A stretch of DNA of 63,848 nucleotides, filler included, from Octopus bimaculoides (Eukaryota): NCBI RefSeq assembly GCF_001194135.2. It is 5 parts of 5 records of this genome, joined end to end, with 100 filler letters (N's around TTAATTAATTAA, not from the genome) between each part and the next. Parts side by side here need not be neighbours in the genome. Positions count along the whole stretch, not along the records: positions 56,498 to 63,848 come from NC_068981.1; 4 more parts are not named here. One strand, 5' to 3'. The notes beneath the pieces are model-generated. The model did no database searches. It was given only the letters and a program-made list of their open reading frames with translations, and was not told the DNA's origin. Each line of letters begins with the position of its first letter. The first letter of the stretch is position 1. Below, one piece after another: positions 61,842 to 63,848 of this stretch. The translations under genes and the position numbers were made by a program.

Positions 61842-61927
<86 letters not shown>

Positions 61928-62813
61928 TCATAATAGAGAGGACATTCGTATTTACCTGCTTTAGAATTAATTTTCTTAATGTATTTCGACGAATAATTAT
62001 ATATGCATGTGTGTGTGTGTGTGAATGTGTTTGTATGTGTGTGTATATATATACATATATAGATATATGTATATATACACACAATATCTACATATATATA
62101 CATAGATATGTATATATATAAATATATCTATTTATATACACATAAAAACGTACATATATATATGTATATATATATATATATATATATNNNNNNNNNNNNN
62201 NNNNNNNNNNNNNNNNNNNNNNNNNNNNNNNNNNNNNNNNNNNNNNNNNNNNNNNNNNNNNNNNNNNNNNNNNNNNNNNNNNNNNNNNNNNNNNNNNNNN
62301 NNNNNNNNNNNNNNNNNNNNNNNNNNNNNNNNNNNNNNNNNNNNNNNNNNNNNNNNNNNNNNNNNNNNNNNNNNNNNNNNNNNNNNNNNNNNNNNNNNNN
62401 NNNNNNNNNNNNNNNNNNNNNNNNNNNNNNNNNNNNNNNNNNNNNNNNNNNNNNNNNNNNNNNNNNNNNNNNNNNNNNNNNNNNNNNNNNNNNNNNNNNN
62501 NNNNNNNNNNNNNNNNNNNNNNNNNNNNNNNNNNNNNNNNNNNNNNNNNNNNNNNNNNNNNNNNNNNNNNNNNNNNNNNNNNNNNNNNNNNNNNNNNNNN
62601 NNNNNNNNNNNNNNNNNNNNNNNNNNNNNNNNNNNNNNNNNNNNNNNNNNNNNNNNNNNNNNNNNNNNNNNNNNNNNNNNNNNNNNNNNNNNNNNNNNNN
62701 NNNNNNNNNNNNNNNNNNNNNNNNNNNNNNNNNNNNNNNNNNNNNNNNNNNNNNNNNNNNNNNNNNNNNNNNNNNNNNNNNNNNNNNNNNNNNNNNNNNN
62801 NNNNNNNNNNNNN

Positions 62814-62854
<41 letters not shown>

Positions 62855-62989
62855 TACACACATGCAGGGATATATATGATTAGTTTCTAAGAAGAAACAA
62901 ACAGCCACATCCGTTGTTTACAATTTCTCTTAACACTTTCGTGTTATAACACATCGCAAATATTTTAATAATGAATTGAAGATCCACCT

Positions 62990-63281
62990 CCATCTCCTCC
63001 TTCACTTCTTCTTCTTCTTCTTCTTCTTCTTTTGCTCCTCTTCCTTCTTCTTCTTCTTCTTCTTCTTCTTCTTCTTCTTCTTCTTCTTTCATTTCTTCAC
63101 TTCTTTTCTTCTTCACTTCCTCCACCTCTTCCTCTACCTCCTCCTCCTCATCATCATCATCGTCGTCGTCAAAGTACTCCTTGTCATCATCATCATCAAC
63201 ATCATCATCATCACCATCATCATTGTCATTTTCATTATCAGCATCATCATCCCCAATCACCATCATCATCATCACCATCAC

Positions 63282-63314
<33 letters not shown>

Positions 63315-63415
63315 TCTCCTCACAATAATCATCATCGGCATCCACCTCATCATAATCGTCGCTGTCGTCGTGGACGTCCAAGTAATCACTCCCACCACCA
63401 CCACCACCACCATCA
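62990..63415. repeat. Long trinucleotide mosaic (TTC to CTC to ATC to ACC)
   Basis: Visible successive triplet classes. Confidence 0.9.
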
Positions 63416-63795
63416 CCCTATCACCCGTCATTTCCTGATTACTAACGCCAATACCTCTCCAACCAGGGTCACCCCCCCCCAGCAGCTGTTTTCCGAACAA
63501 GTTAACTCCTTCGATATTAAGAGTTAATGTCTGTCTCGATGTTACTCCATTTCCTGATAACTCACGGATCTTCTCTTCTCGGCTTATCTCGGGATTTCCA
63601 CTTCAGATCCCGCCAAGTTCTGCTGCTAATCCATTACCTGAGTCTATTCAAGTCGATAGATATCTTCTTTTATTGATACGCATACATATATTTATTGATA
63701 TACATATATATATTTATATACAGGTATAGATAAAGGTGTGTATGTGTGTATATATATACGCATATACACTGTATATATACATATATATATGCGCA

Positions 63796-63848
<53 letters not shown>

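Noticed and set aside
2941-62908. Long ORFs of 200-500 aa in the supplied track (e.g. 4398-5888, 14259-15443, 29181-30455, 33020-34000, 62088-62861)
   Set aside because: They run through N-gaps (X residues). Only 29181-29445 has real coding signal, and it belongs to the Penelope-like element.
387-63527. ORFs rich in HT/CV/YI dipeptides or poly-E/L/F/N/I/H
   Set aside because: Translations of di-, tri- and tetranucleotide microsatellites. All frames are open, with no protein signal.

Overview
Repeat-dominated eukaryotic genomic DNA, AT-rich and heavily gapped (a substantial fraction is N). The tRNA-derived SINE families, the di-/tri-/tetranucleotide microsatellite landscape and the TTAGGG-like tract point to a coleoid cephalopod, probably Octopus (inference). 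I cannot identify an intact host gene. Almost all long ORFs in the supplied track are artefacts of N-gaps or microsatellites, so the window reads as intronic or intergenic. The recognisable protein-coding material is all decayed retro- or DNA transposon: a Penelope-like element (RT with a YRDD motif, 27.7-29.4 kb), at least six R4/Dong-type fragments tied to (TAA)n/(TGA)n arrays (three stacked head-to-tail at 9.6-10.9 kb), a CR1-clade RT fragment, two RTE 3' ends, a full-length dead mariner and a long-TIR mariner derivative. Non-coding structure includes three SINE groups with modular heads and tails (one carries an internal microsatellite at a fixed position), hAT MITEs, four minimal hammerhead-ribozyme-like cores in Penelope-type terminal repeats, a foldback enclosing telomere-like repeats, a ~470 bp palindrome and a 31-bp-stem hairpin. 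A ~600 bp unidentified coding-like segment lies at 46.0-46.7 kb, and there are a few weak exon candidates. Nothing here demonstrates a new biological system. The best leads are the ribozyme-like repeats, the microsatellite-targeting retroelement ecology, the hairpins and the unidentified segment.
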